From IMG/VR virus record IMGVR_UViG_3300037873_000007, positions 1 through 46,737 of that record: a stretch of DNA of 46,737 nucleotides; one strand, 5' to 3'. Origin of the DNA: a virus. Lineage: Duplodnaviria; Caudoviricetes. This document shows, piece by piece, positions 17,618 to 26,211 of this stretch. The position numbers were made by a program, and so were the translations under genes. The notes beneath the pieces are model-generated. The model was not told the origin of the DNA. It saw only the letters and a program-made list of their open reading frames with translations, and did not search any database. How positions within the stretch are numbered: the first letter of the stretch is position 1; each line of letters begins with the position of its first letter.

Positions 17618-17685
17618 GTCTGGGCTGGTCAACCGCCTGAACCCTCGGGAGGTGACGGCCAGCGATCGCCAAACTGAGAGGATGG

Positions 17686-18246
17686 GTGCAAGTGAGAATC
17701 GGTGAGATAGAAGTCGGCAAGGACTATGTAACGGACAGCTTCGGCAACCGCATCCGAGTCACGGCCATCGTGCGTGAGTCAGAGTGGGCGGGTCGAGATA
17801 CCCACTACGTCCGAGTTGTCGAGTACGTCAACATCGACGCTGACGGCAAGGTTGCTCCTCACCCCGAGCCGAAGCTGACTCGCAAGGCCAAGGACATCCG
17901 AGAGCCCTGGGATGAGTGGTTCGAGCGTGAGCAGAAGAAGCTTTGGCGTGAGAGGCCCCTGCGTATCGCTGAGACCACCATCGACAGGCTGCTTGAGAAG
18001 CTGGACCTGGACGCTGAGGTGAAGGCCGGGTTCAACTACGGCAGCCGGGGCAAGGATGAGAGCTGGTTCATGACCATCGAGTTCGGTGGGAGCAAGGTGG
18101 ACGAGCTGGCGCAGGTATTGATGGCCGCCAACCTGTCCCGCATGGTGCTCGGAGATATGGGCTACGAGGAGTTGAAGTTGGAGGAAGAGGCGCTCAACAC
18201 CTACGCAGAGGAGAAGCTGGAGAAGGGAGAGGATGGGAATGAGTAA
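17686..18246 (+). CDS. Hypothetical protein, 186 aa
   Basis: GTG directly after GAGAGGATGG. Confidence 0.75.
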   Translation: MQVRIGEIEVGKDYVTDSFGNRIRVTAIVRESEWAGRDTHYVRVVEYVNIDADGKVAPHPEPKLTRKAKDIREPWDEWFEREQKKLWRERPLRIAETTIDRLLEKLDLDAEVKAGFNYGSRGKDESWFMTIEFGGSKVDELAQVLMAANLSRMVLGDMGYEELKLEEEALNTYAEEKLEKGEDGNE

Positions 18247-18433
18247 GGGAGTCATCACCTTCAACAAGAGGCTCCAGCGCTTCGAGTACTGGATGGAGAG
18301 TCGAGAGCACGCACACAGCGACAGCCTCCCAATCCTCATGTTCAAGTACCCTGAGGTGCCCGTGAGTGCAGAGGCAACACGGCTGGCTCGGGACCTGGGT
18401 CAGCTGAGAGAGGATGGGAAGACGTATGAGTGA
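18239..18433 (+). CDS. Hypothetical protein, 64 aa
   Basis: GAGAGGATGG motif; overlaps both neighbours. Confidence 0.65.
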   Translation: MSKGVITFNKRLQRFEYWMESREHAHSDSLPILMFKYPEVPVSAEATRLARDLGQLREDGKTYE

Positions 18434-18662
18434 TCAGAAGTACGACATCACCATCGATGAGGAGTACGTGAAATCACGTGCTCCCGGTGGCGAGGCGGTG
18501 GATATCGGGGTCCGCACCCGCCAGTTCAAGCGCATCGACGCACCCAAGTTCGAGCGGGAGGACATCAAGATCGTCCTCGCCTCGGGTGTGCCGGTCACGA
18601 TCAAGAGTGAGGTGTGGGACGAGATCCACATCCGCCGGGCCAAGACAAGGAACGGGAGCTGA
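18426..18662 (+). CDS. Hypothetical protein, 78 aa
   Basis: GAGAGGATGG motif; coupled. Confidence 0.65.
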   Translation: MSDQKYDITIDEEYVKSRAPGGEAVDIGVRTRQFKRIDAPKFEREDIKIVLASGVPVTIKSEVWDEIHIRRAKTRNGS

Positions 18663-18663
18663 G

Positions 18664-19704
18664 ATGCCTGCCAGTATCACCCAACACGAAGGCCGAGACC
18701 TGGTCGCTGTCAACTGGAAGCGGGGTCACCCCTGGCACCAGTTGGGAGTCAGGTCCGAGTCGGACATGACCATCGAGCAGGGGCTCCAGCTCGTCGGCGT
18801 CGACCAGGAGGAGATCAAGCTGGTCCCTCTGTACGACAAGGAGTGGTTCGGGTCGGGAATCCCCCACTACACCGAGATCCCCCTTGAGGTGTATGGAGTG
18901 AAGTCGTCGGTCTTCGGCATGATGGCCACGGCCGGCAACAAGTTCACCCCACGCCCTCGCCGAGAACTCCTGGAGCTGGCGTTCGAGATCACGGGCCTGC
19001 AAGAGGATGGTGCCCACCTCGACACCATCGGGATTCTGGGAGACCGAGGCCAGACGTTCTTCGCCTACATCCAGGTACCCGAGCTGGTGATCGATCCCCA
19101 TGGGGTCGCTGATCACATCGAGCGGGGCCTGTTCGTGGCGAAGGGCTACGACGGCAAGCTTGGCAACGTCGCCGGTTTCACCGCTATCCGGGTTGTGTGT
19201 GAGAACACTCTCTACATGGCCCTCGGTGGCAAGGTCGACCAGTTCATCCGAGTCAAGAACACCAAGAACCAGGTCGAGCACATCCGAGAGGCAGCCAGGC
19301 TGCTTGAGTACTCGGGTGCGGTTGAAGCTGCGATGGTTGAGAAGGCTGAGACCATGCTCGGAGTCGATGGCGAGAAGGCGTTCGAGGCCATCGTCGACAA
19401 GTTCTGGGACGTGAAGGAGGAAGGGCTCGGCAAGAAGGCGCTGAGTCAGCGAGAGAGGAAGCGTGAGACCGTCAGAAGGTTGTACGACGGCGAGGACAAC
19501 CTGAGTGTCGACCACCTGGGCAAGAACGGGTACGCCGCATACCAGGCATTCGTCGAATTCGTCGACCACGAGCGAGACGTCACCGGCAAGGATCTGAGTG
19601 ACGCTGAGAAGGGAGTTGTGAGGGCCCGGACGGCTGTCCTGCCTGGTATGCAGGTTGACGAGAAGGTGATTGCGTCGGACCTGGTGCTGGCGCTGGCAGC
19701 GTAG
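18664..19704 (+). CDS. DUF932/DUF945-family phage protein, 346 aa
   Basis: PWHQLG; GYDG...FTAIRVVCENTL; C-terminal GYAAYQAFVEFVDH. Confidence 0.85.
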   Translation: MPASITQHEGRDLVAVNWKRGHPWHQLGVRSESDMTIEQGLQLVGVDQEEIKLVPLYDKEWFGSGIPHYTEIPLEVYGVKSSVFGMMATAGNKFTPRPRRELLELAFEITGLQEDGAHLDTIGILGDRGQTFFAYIQVPELVIDPHGVADHIERGLFVAKGYDGKLGNVAGFTAIRVVCENTLYMALGGKVDQFIRVKNTKNQVEHIREAARLLEYSGAVEAAMVEKAETMLGVDGEKAFEAIVDKFWDVKEEGLGKKALSQRERKRETVRRLYDGEDNLSVDHLGKNGYAAYQAFVEFVDHERDVTGKDLSDAEKGVVRARTAVLPGMQVDEKVIASDLVLALAA

Positions 19705-19713
19705 GGAGGTGAG

Positions 19714-19932
19714 ATGGCAAGACTTCCCAGTGAGAAATACCTGATACAACAGATCGACGGCATGGTCGTCCTGTTCGAGGATGGTTCCGAAGAGGTGTTG
19801 GTCAGGTTCGACCCGAGTAGCCAGCATCTCACGGCCATGGCGCAGAAGACCATCCATGACCTTGAAGATCTGAGCGAAGAGGACAAGTCATTCGCTCACT
19901 TCTGGTCCGGCTACTTCTACGCACACAACTAG
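19714..19932 (+). CDS. Hypothetical protein, 72 aa
   Basis: GGAGGTGA RBS. Confidence 0.75.
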   Translation: MARLPSEKYLIQQIDGMVVLFEDGSEEVLVRFDPSSQHLTAMAQKTIHDLEDLSEEDKSFAHFWSGYFYAHN

Positions 19933-19940
19933 GAGGTGAG

Positions 19941-20015
19941 ATGGCAAGCCTGATCCTCCTGGTCCTGGTCACTGCGTTCCTCCTGGTCGGGGTCTACACC
20001 TGGAGACTGAGATGA
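19941..20015 (+). CDS. 24-aa membrane peptide (MASLILLVLVTAFLLVGVYTWRLR)
   Basis: AGGAGGTGA RBS; single TM segment. Confidence 0.65.
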   Translation: MASLILLVLVTAFLLVGVYTWRLR

Positions 20016-20170
20016 GCTACTACGACGAGCGAGATGACACGGATGGTGAGTCGGTAGAGTGTCCCTTCTGCCACTCACCGGCCGGGTCGGCATGTCGCTC
20101 CATGGGTGGTGGAATCGCAAAGGTCCCACACCCGAGCCGCATGAGAGAGGCTCGTAGAGTCAAGGAGTAG
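20012..20170 (+). CDS. Small zinc-finger protein, 52 aa
   Basis: VECPFCHSPAGSACR...PHPSR fits the CPxCxxxxGxxC...HxxR actinophage zinc-finger pattern; ATGA overlap. Confidence 0.75.
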   Translation: MSYYDERDDTDGESVECPFCHSPAGSACRSMGGGIAKVPHPSRMREARRVKE

Positions 20171-20239
20171 GAGATCGAGAGGGCCAGTTGACCGGAGTCG
20201 CCACCACGGTCCTGGCCCTCTCCCTATGTAGGAGCAGAG

Positions 20240-20368
20240 ATGACACTCAAGGAAGCCAAGTCGAAGCTGGACCTGATCATCATCGACATGGTGATTGGTA
20301 AGGACATCAAAGGCGGGGTTGAGAGACTCATGCAGCTGAGCGTTGAGATGGGAGAGGCCGAGTCGTGA
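20240..20368 (+). CDS. Hypothetical protein, 42 aa
   Basis: AGGAG RBS; GTGA overlap with next gene. Confidence 0.55.
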   Translation: MTLKEAKSKLDLIIIDMVIGKDIKGGVERLMQLSVEMGEAES

Positions 20369-20712
20369 CCAAGCGCCACCGTAGAGACGATCATCCCCTC
20401 AACCCTCCCCCTCAAGAGTGTCAGTTCTTCATCCGCTACCCCACCCCCGAGTACGTCCAGAGTCTCTTCTCGGCCGAAGAGAGACTGCTCAAGTACGGCC
20501 AGGTGATGTTCTGGATGGTGGGGATTGCTGACCTGGAAGGTGGGTGTGGGCATTTCAAGGTCATCTGCAAGATCGATGACGTGCAGAGGGCGATGCTGCC
20601 GTGCTTCACCTCTGAGGCGGCGGCGGACAGGTGGAGAGCTGAGTGCCAGCAAGTCGCCATGGACCTGTTGCAGCGAGACGGCCGCAACCCAATGAAGTTC
20701 GGGACCAACTGA
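20365..20712 (+). CDS. Hypothetical protein, 115 aa
   Basis: Coupled ORF. Confidence 0.65.
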   Translation: MTKRHRRDDHPLNPPPQECQFFIRYPTPEYVQSLFSAEERLLKYGQVMFWMVGIADLEGGCGHFKVICKIDDVQRAMLPCFTSEAAADRWRAECQQVAMDLLQRDGRNPMKFGTN

Positions 20713-20954
20713 TGGCGAGAACATGGGGATCAGAGAAGCAAGAGTTCCATGACGCCATCGAAGTCGCCAAGGAGTCCCTCGAAGTCCAAGCCTGCTACAC
20801 CTACCTCAAGAACAAGCACGTCACGAGCTGGGCTGGCTTCACCATCTCCGTACACGAGACACGACTCAAGGCAGCGAGATGGCTGGCGAGAGAGCTGGGA
20901 GGGGTTGAGCGCATTCTGAGATCGAATTGGACGCCGGCCGATCCCCCTACCTAG
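20712..20954 (+). CDS. Hypothetical protein, 80 aa
   Basis: TGATG overlap start. Confidence 0.65.
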   Translation: MARTWGSEKQEFHDAIEVAKESLEVQACYTYLKNKHVTSWAGFTISVHETRLKAARWLARELGGVERILRSNWTPADPPT

Positions 20955-20983
20955 TTGCTTCCCGACACCCCGTCAGGTACGCT
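20955..20983 (+). promoter_or_regulatory. SigA-type promoter
   Basis: TTGCTT-17 nt-TACGCT; shares the CAGG-TAC(A/G)CT context of the 17589 promoter. Confidence 0.7.
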
Positions 20984-21002
20984 ACGTGACATGTTTACAC
21001 GT

Positions 21003-21217
21003 CGATCGGTGAGGGTGGGACGCCGAACACCCGTCACCGGTCGCACGAGCGCACGACGCACCCATCCGTCGGGGTGTGGTGTGGCGATTCTTCGCCCCGT
21101 GCGCTCGTCGCCGATGGGAGACCACCCCGATTGCACCTCCCGATGGTGGGATGCGGGGCCCGTCGGCATCACGGGGGAGAGGCCGGGTTTGAGTGGGACT
21201 CGCCCGAGCCTCTCCCC
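21003..21217 (+). ncRNA. Candidate four-domain structured RNA / leader
   Basis: Closing stems 21003-21043, 21045-21108, 21110-21167 and 21174-21217, back to back after the promoter. Confidence 0.6.
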
Positions 21218-21243
21218 TGCGCTCGCTTAGAGAGGATGGAGAC

Positions 21244-21393
21244 ATGGCCAAGCAGGCTGGAGACGGCAAGCTGAACTACACCAAGGAACAGCAGAAGGCC
21301 AACAAGACAGACGAGGAGTTGGCCAAGGAAGCCATCGTCAAGGAACACGGGATGGACGGGCTCGGCAAGATCGCTGAGAGAGGAAAGGGTTGA
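21244..21393 (+). CDS. Hypothetical protein, 49 aa
   Basis: GAGAGGATGG motif upstream. Confidence 0.6.
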   Translation: MAKQAGDGKLNYTKEQQKANKTDEELAKEAIVKEHGMDGLGKIAERGKG

Positions 21394-21397
21394 GAGG

Positions 21398-21547
21398 ATG
21401 GGTGACAAGGGCAAGGGTGGCAACGGAGATCAGGACAAGGGCAAGGCCGAGGAGCACTACAGGGATCTCAAGAACGCTGAGCGCTGGACTCGGATCGTCA
21501 AGGAGACGGTGGAGGGCGAGCAGCAGGGTGGAGGGGAAGGCCAGTGA
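21398..21547 (+). CDS. Hypothetical Gly/charged protein, 49 aa (MGDKGKGGNG...)
   Basis: ATG inside the GAGAGGATGG motif; GTGA overlap with next gene. Confidence 0.55.
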   Translation: MGDKGKGGNGDQDKGKAEEHYRDLKNAERWTRIVKETVEGEQQGGGEGQ

Positions 21548-21711
21548 GATTCCCCATGTTTCCACTAGCTCTCCCCTTCGTGATCCTGGGAGCTGTCATC
21601 TTCGGCGAGGCTTTCACGGCGCCCGGTGACCAGACGTTCCAGGCAGTGGTAGGAGCGTTCCTGTTCGGCGGGGGCGTGGGATGGATCTGGGTGACCAGCC
21701 GGCATCTATGA
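21544..21711 (+). CDS. Small two-TM membrane protein, 55 aa
   Basis: Two hydrophobic segments; GTGA overlap. Confidence 0.6.
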   Translation: MRFPMFPLALPFVILGAVIFGEAFTAPGDQTFQAVVGAFLFGGGVGWIWVTSRHL

Positions 21712-21718
21712 GTGATTT

Positions 21719-21791
21719 GGGCCGGTAGTCCAGGTGGCTGGGCACTCCTTTATAGAGGGGATGGGTGCGGGTTCGACTCCCGTCCGGTCCA
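21719..21791 (+). tRNA. tRNA or tRNA-like gene with atypical anticodon arm (nominal anticodon ATA)
   Basis: Acceptor GGGCCGG/CCGGTCC; D arm GTCC/GGGC; T arm GCGGG-TTCGACT-CCCGT; 73 nt; anticodon arm ambiguous. Confidence 0.75.
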
Positions 21792-21808
21792 CAGAGAGAT
21801 GAGAGAGG

Positions 21809-22108
21809 ATGGGTATGAAGGTAGCTAAGACACACGAGGCGGCCTGGGTTGACGCCGAAGAGGCTTCCAGACCTATCGACGGTCAGGTCATCACCGACCG
21901 ATACTGGGTGACGAGATGGAACGAGGACAAGCTGGAGATCTTGTTCGTCCTGCTCCCGGGCCGGCCCAAGTACGCTTCGCCTCAGTGCAACAGGCAGAAG
22001 TATGTCGCTGAGCACATTCGGGACAGCATGTACCCTGAGTGCCAGGTGAACTTCGTCAAGACGGTCTACATGGGGCACTACCGGCAGTGGGCCTACGGAG
22101 ACGGCTGA
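21809..22108 (+). CDS. Hypothetical protein (start 21809 or 21815)
   Basis: GAGAGGATGG motif; SPQCN motif. Confidence 0.7.
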   Translation: MGMKVAKTHEAAWVDAEEASRPIDGQVITDRYWVTRWNEDKLEILFVLLPGRPKYASPQCNRQKYVAEHIRDSMYPECQVNFVKTVYMGHYRQWAYGDG

Positions 22109-22109
22109 G

Positions 22110-22307
22110 ATGCTCTATGACGTAACAGTCATCGACCGTTGGGGCCGGCACTACTCGTGGAGTGGCGCCCGAGTTCTCCCCCACCAAGAGGGTTCCCTTC
22201 AAGTATTCATGCCCCGAGGTGATGGGTCCGAAAGGATCATGAGTGTGTTCTCCCGAGATGACTGGGCATCTTACACCGTGTCCCTGAGGCGTGAGGTAGT
22301 CGAGTGA
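22110..22307 (+). CDS. Hypothetical protein, 65 aa
   Basis: Coupled to the helicase gene. Confidence 0.6.
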   Translation: MLYDVTVIDRWGRHYSWSGARVLPHQEGSLQVFMPRGDGSERIMSVFSRDDWASYTVSLRREVVE

Positions 22308-24019
22308 GTTCTGTCCCCGACCGTGACGATCCCCGCTTTGGTCTCGTTCCCCTCCCCGACCAGGTTACGGAGATCAGGCCGGCGCAGTGGGACGCCACTC
22401 AAGAGGCTGTAGAGAGCTACCAGGCCGGCAACGACGTGGTGTTCCTGGAAGGTCCAACTGGTAGTGGTAAGTCACTGGTCGGGGACCTGGTTACCAGAGA
22501 GCTAGCAAGGGTCAATGGTGGGCTCACTGCCAACATGGTGTGCACCACCAAGGCCCTCCAGGAGCAGTACGCCGAGTCGTTCCCCTATGCCAAGGTCATC
22601 ATGGGGAAGTCCAACTACGCCACGATGCTGGGCAATGTGAACGAGATGGCGGTGCCGTGGAACAAGTCGTGGTCGGCCATCACGTGTGCGGACTGCACAT
22701 GGGACAATGCGACTGAGGAGTGTCGCTGGTGTAGTGACCGCAACTTCTGTCCCTACGGGATCGCTAAGAACCGTGCGAGATATGCGCAAGTCGCCATCCT
22801 CAACACGGCCTACTACCTGACTGACTCGATGTTCGCCGGGGCGTTCCGGGGCCGTGGGCTGACCATCCTCGACGAGGCTGATCTTGTTGAGCGGGAGATC
22901 CTGAGTCGCACCGAGATCGTCATCAGTCCTCGCCGCATGAAGGAGATGCTGCTGCTCCCCCCGAAGCGCAAGACAGCGGGGCCGGACGGTAAGGGCGCAG
23001 TGGAGTGGGCGAGCTGGATCAGGAACATCGCTATCCCGTCAGTGGAGAACCACCTGGCTCGGATCGTGAAGCCATGGAGCCCCAACGCCGGCCCTGCTGA
23101 GATCAAGGAGTACAAGGGCTGTGTCGAGCTGAGGGAGAGGCTGTACTCGATCGTGGCCGACGTGGCGCTCGGGGGCTGGGTGTACGACGGGATCGAAGAC
23201 GGCGCTGTGATCTTCCGCCCGGTGAGAGTGGAGAAGTACGGCAGCCAGATTCTCTGGCCCACGGCGAAGAGGTTCCTGGTGATGTCCGCCACGATCCTGT
23301 CCGCTGATCTCATGAACGATCACCTCGGGGGATACCTGCCCTACACCTCGATCGTGATGCCGAGCACGTTCCCGGCCAAGAACCGCCCCATCTATGTCTG
23401 CCCGGTGGCGGATATGAGTAACAGTGAGAAGGAGGCGAGCAACCGGGGTAACTGGCGGAAGATGGTTGGGGGCATCAGGAAGGTGCTGGAGAGGCATCCA
23501 GACGAGAGGGTTCTGGTGCACACGGTCAGCTACGACCTGGCCCGGTTCGTCAAGGATGAGTTGAAGCTGTCCCCCTCTGCTCCTACTGAGTTCTCCCGCC
23601 GGCCCATCATCATCTACACCAGCTCGGACGAGAAGGCCGGGGCGTTGGCGGAGTACAAGCGGACTCCTGGGGCCGTTATGATCGCAGCGTCCATGGATCG
23701 AGGCATTGACCTTCCTGATGAGATGTGCCGAGTGATGGTCGTTGCCAAGGTGCCGTTCCTCAACCTCAAGGACAAGAGGACGAACGCCATGCTGCATTCG
23801 ACGGGCGGGGGCAGCTGGTATCGAATGGAGGCCATCCGCACGTTGATCCAGATGACTGGGCGAGGGGTGAGACACGAGAACGACAAGGCTGAGACGTACA
23901 TCCTTGACGCCCAGTTCACTGACAACCTGTGGAAGAAGTCCGACTTCCTCTTCCCGAAGTATTGGAGGGATGCCATCGACTGGCGGAAGACGACTAGGTG
24001 GTTGATGGGTGCTCGCTGA
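22304..24019 (+). CDS. DinG/Rad3(XPD)-like SF2 helicase, 571 aa
   Basis: EGPTGSGKS, LQEQY, Cys cluster CADC..C..C..CPY, ILDEAD, MSAT, RGIDLPD, QMTGRGVRHEND. Confidence 0.92.
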   Translation: MSSVPDRDDPRFGLVPLPDQVTEIRPAQWDATQEAVESYQAGNDVVFLEGPTGSGKSLVGDLVTRELARVNGGLTANMVCTTKALQEQYAESFPYAKVIMGKSNYATMLGNVNEMAVPWNKSWSAITCADCTWDNATEECRWCSDRNFCPYGIAKNRARYAQVAILNTAYYLTDSMFAGAFRGRGLTILDEADLVEREILSRTEIVISPRRMKEMLLLPPKRKTAGPDGKGAVEWASWIRNIAIPSVENHLARIVKPWSPNAGPAEIKEYKGCVELRERLYSIVADVALGGWVYDGIEDGAVIFRPVRVEKYGSQILWPTAKRFLVMSATILSADLMNDHLGGYLPYTSIVMPSTFPAKNRPIYVCPVADMSNSEKEASNRGNWRKMVGGIRKVLERHPDERVLVHTVSYDLARFVKDELKLSPSAPTEFSRRPIIIYTSSDEKAGALAEYKRTPGAVMIAASMDRGIDLPDEMCRVMVVAKVPFLNLKDKRTNAMLHSTGGGSWYRMEAIRTLIQMTGRGVRHENDKAETYILDAQFTDNLWKKSDFLFPKYWRDAIDWRKTTRWLMGAR

Positions 24020-24212
24020 GAAGGTGTGCATCAACTACTCGTGCTACATGGCCAAGACGCCTGTAGAGACCATTCGTACCTCTTGTCTCGGTTGTGGAGA
24101 GCCCATGACCCCAGTGCGAAGGTTGGAAGAGTTATCCGACCAGGCGCTGAGAGACATGCAGAGGCGGATTGATCAGATATTCGCAGACAGACAAAGGAGA
24201 TTCGGTGAGTAA
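24009..24212 (+). CDS. Small Zn-ribbon protein, 67 aa
   Basis: CINYSC...CLGCG; overlaps both neighbours. Confidence 0.6.
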   Translation: MLAEKVCINYSCYMAKTPVETIRTSCLGCGEPMTPVRRLEELSDQALRDMQRRIDQIFADRQRRFGE

Positions 24213-25206
24213 CACCAATGACTACTGGGACCCAGACGACTCCCAACAGCTCCTCGGAGATTTCGAGGGGACCGTCCTCCAGTCGTTCTGGTCGACCATG
24301 CGCATCCAGTCGCAGGGGAAGATCGACGGCGCCGGTGCCGACAACACCCAGCTGTACTGGCTGGTGAGTGTCGATGAGGTGTGGCAGGAGTACGACAAGA
24401 TCATCCCCGAGTCGGTGTCGATCAACTTCGGCATCGGTGAGAAGTGGCGCTCCGATGAGAGTGGTCGCTTCGTCGAGCACGAGGACGATCCCGACCCCGC
24501 CAAGGTGGCCAGCGGAGACGCCAAGGCCATGTCCTTCAAGGGCGGGTCGATGTACGGCAAGTGGCTGGGCCTGTGTGGCGGTCGCTACGACAGCTACTAC
24601 ACCCAGACCAACGTCGACCCCCTCGTGGCCGACCTGAGGGTGCTCGATGACGGGCCCGAGCTGCGCTACGACCTGAGTGGTGTCAGGGCCATCCAGTCCC
24701 GGCGCAAGGTCGGCAACCCCCGAGATGCCTCGATCTGGGTGGGACTCCGGTTCCGCTTCCGAGGCGTCGGGTTCGTCTACAAGCAGACGAAGGGCACGCC
24801 GAGTTTCAAGGTCATGCCGTTCTCCTTCCTCGGGTTCAGCGAGGACGTGGCGGCCAGCTACGACCCCAACTCGGCCGGCACCATCGATGCCGGAGACAAC
24901 GGTGCCAGCTCGGTCGTGACTGAGGCTGCGCTCGTGTCCGAGACCCTGGTTGGGGCGTCCGGCGAGCTGGTCGAGACCCTGACCACCCTCGTGTCCAACG
25001 CCAGCTCTCATCCCGAGTTCATGAAGGGGGCGCTCAAGATCCCTGAGGTCAAGGGCAACCCCGACATCAAGGCTTCGGTGATGAACGCCAACACGGGCCC
25101 CTGGTCGAAGAGGGGCGTGACGTTGGAGGACGCCGAGGCTGCCAGGGTCGAAGCCGCTCAGGAGACCGCAGAGGCCGACGCCGACCCGGTTCCTGCTGAG
25201 AGCTGA
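24205..25206 (+). CDS. Putative ssDNA-binding/recombination protein, 333 aa
   Basis: GTG start with AAGGAG RBS; beta-rich N-terminal half and acidic tail; adjacent to helicase; function inferred. Confidence 0.5.
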   Translation: MSNTNDYWDPDDSQQLLGDFEGTVLQSFWSTMRIQSQGKIDGAGADNTQLYWLVSVDEVWQEYDKIIPESVSINFGIGEKWRSDESGRFVEHEDDPDPAKVASGDAKAMSFKGGSMYGKWLGLCGGRYDSYYTQTNVDPLVADLRVLDDGPELRYDLSGVRAIQSRRKVGNPRDASIWVGLRFRFRGVGFVYKQTKGTPSFKVMPFSFLGFSEDVAASYDPNSAGTIDAGDNGASSVVTEAALVSETLVGASGELVETLTTLVSNASSHPEFMKGALKIPEVKGNPDIKASVMNANTGPWSKRGVTLEDAEAARVEAAQETAEADADPVPAES

Positions 25207-25211
25207 CCGTC

Positions 25212-25724
25212 ATGGCCCGGCCGCTTGACATCGTGGACGTAGCAGGAGATCCGAACTTCAAGCCGGATCTTCACACGCCACGCCGAGATGCCTTCGTGTC
25301 GGTCGTGCAGGACAGGGTGTCACATCCGTACCTGACTACCACCGAGTTCGCCAGAGAGATGGGCGTGTCTGACAAGCAGGTACACCGCTGGTGCGCTCGG
25401 TGGTACGGGCCACTCCCTCCTCTCCGCAAGGGCAAGTCGATGGGCTACCGCATCCACCCGTACATGGTCCGAGTCGCAAGGGGCTGGCTCCAGACCGAGG
25501 ACAGGTGGATTCGGGAGGCGCTTCGTACCGTCCTGGCGAGAGAACCCCGAGACTGGGTTGTCGTGGTTGGCAGCAGTGGTGTCACGTACTACACTGCTGC
25601 TGAGGCGCTCCAGGGAGTCAACCAGCTGCTCCCGAGAGTCGCCGGGAATAAACAACCGGTCTCAGTCCTTTATGTGGGTACACACCAAGATCCCGCAGAG
25701 GATGGGAAGAGAGAGGAAGCCTGA
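25212..25724 (+). CDS. HTH DNA-binding protein, 170 aa
   Basis: YLTTTEFAREMGVSDKQVHRWC (HTH_17/excisionase-like). Confidence 0.75.
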   Translation: MARPLDIVDVAGDPNFKPDLHTPRRDAFVSVVQDRVSHPYLTTTEFAREMGVSDKQVHRWCARWYGPLPPLRKGKSMGYRIHPYMVRVARGWLQTEDRWIREALRTVLAREPRDWVVVVGSSGVTYYTAAEALQGVNQLLPRVAGNKQPVSVLYVGTHQDPAEDGKREEA

Positions 25725-25725
25725 C

Positions 25726-26103
25726 ATGGCTGTCGAATTCCTGGGTACGGTCGACAAGGTCCCCGAGCGGTCGAAGAACGGGGACTGGGGTCGGCGCTTC
25801 GAGAACGACTTCAAGCCCAACCAGGGCACGACCTACCGCTTCAAGGGCGCTTCCAGCTCGACGGCGTCCAACCTGCGTCGGGACCACGGTCTCGATGCCT
25901 TCACCCAGACCGAAGAGGTCAAGGGCGAGGACGGCAAGGTCACCAAGGAAGTGTTCATGTACGTGACCTGGCTCGGCGACGAGAAGGCCAAGGAGATCCA
26001 GGCCGACTTCGCCTCGGCCAGCGCCAAGCGCAAGAACGGCGCCAAGGGCAAGGGGAACGGTGCCGCCACGGCCACCGCTGCCAAGGCCGGCGCCAGCAAG
26101 TAG
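25726..26103 (+). CDS. Hypothetical protein with Ala/Lys-rich tail, 125 aa
   Basis: GAGG RBS; strongly GC3-biased codons. Confidence 0.75.
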   Translation: MAVEFLGTVDKVPERSKNGDWGRRFENDFKPNQGTTYRFKGASSSTASNLRRDHGLDAFTQTEEVKGEDGKVTKEVFMYVTWLGDEKAKEIQADFASASAKRKNGAKGKGNGAATATAAKAGASK

Positions 26104-26139
26104 CAGTCCTCAGCTAGTCACCGGCTAGTTGAGACAACA

Positions 26140-26194
26140 GAGAGCCCCTTCATGCAGTCGACGGGTACGGCCCGGGCTGTGTGAGGGGGCTCTC
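26140..26194. other. 20-bp intergenic hairpin (terminator or processing stem)
   Basis: GAGAGCCCCTTCATGCAGTC / GGCTGTGTGAGGGGGCTCTC; G-U pairs work on the + strand. Confidence 0.65.
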
Positions 26195-26211
26195 GTCGAT
26201 TCTGAGAGAGG

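Noticed and set aside
23715-23722. Further CTGATGAG hammerhead-like cores (also minus strand near 7670, 35995 and 41345)
   Set aside because: Inside well-supported CDSs with no matching stems or positioned GAAA noticed
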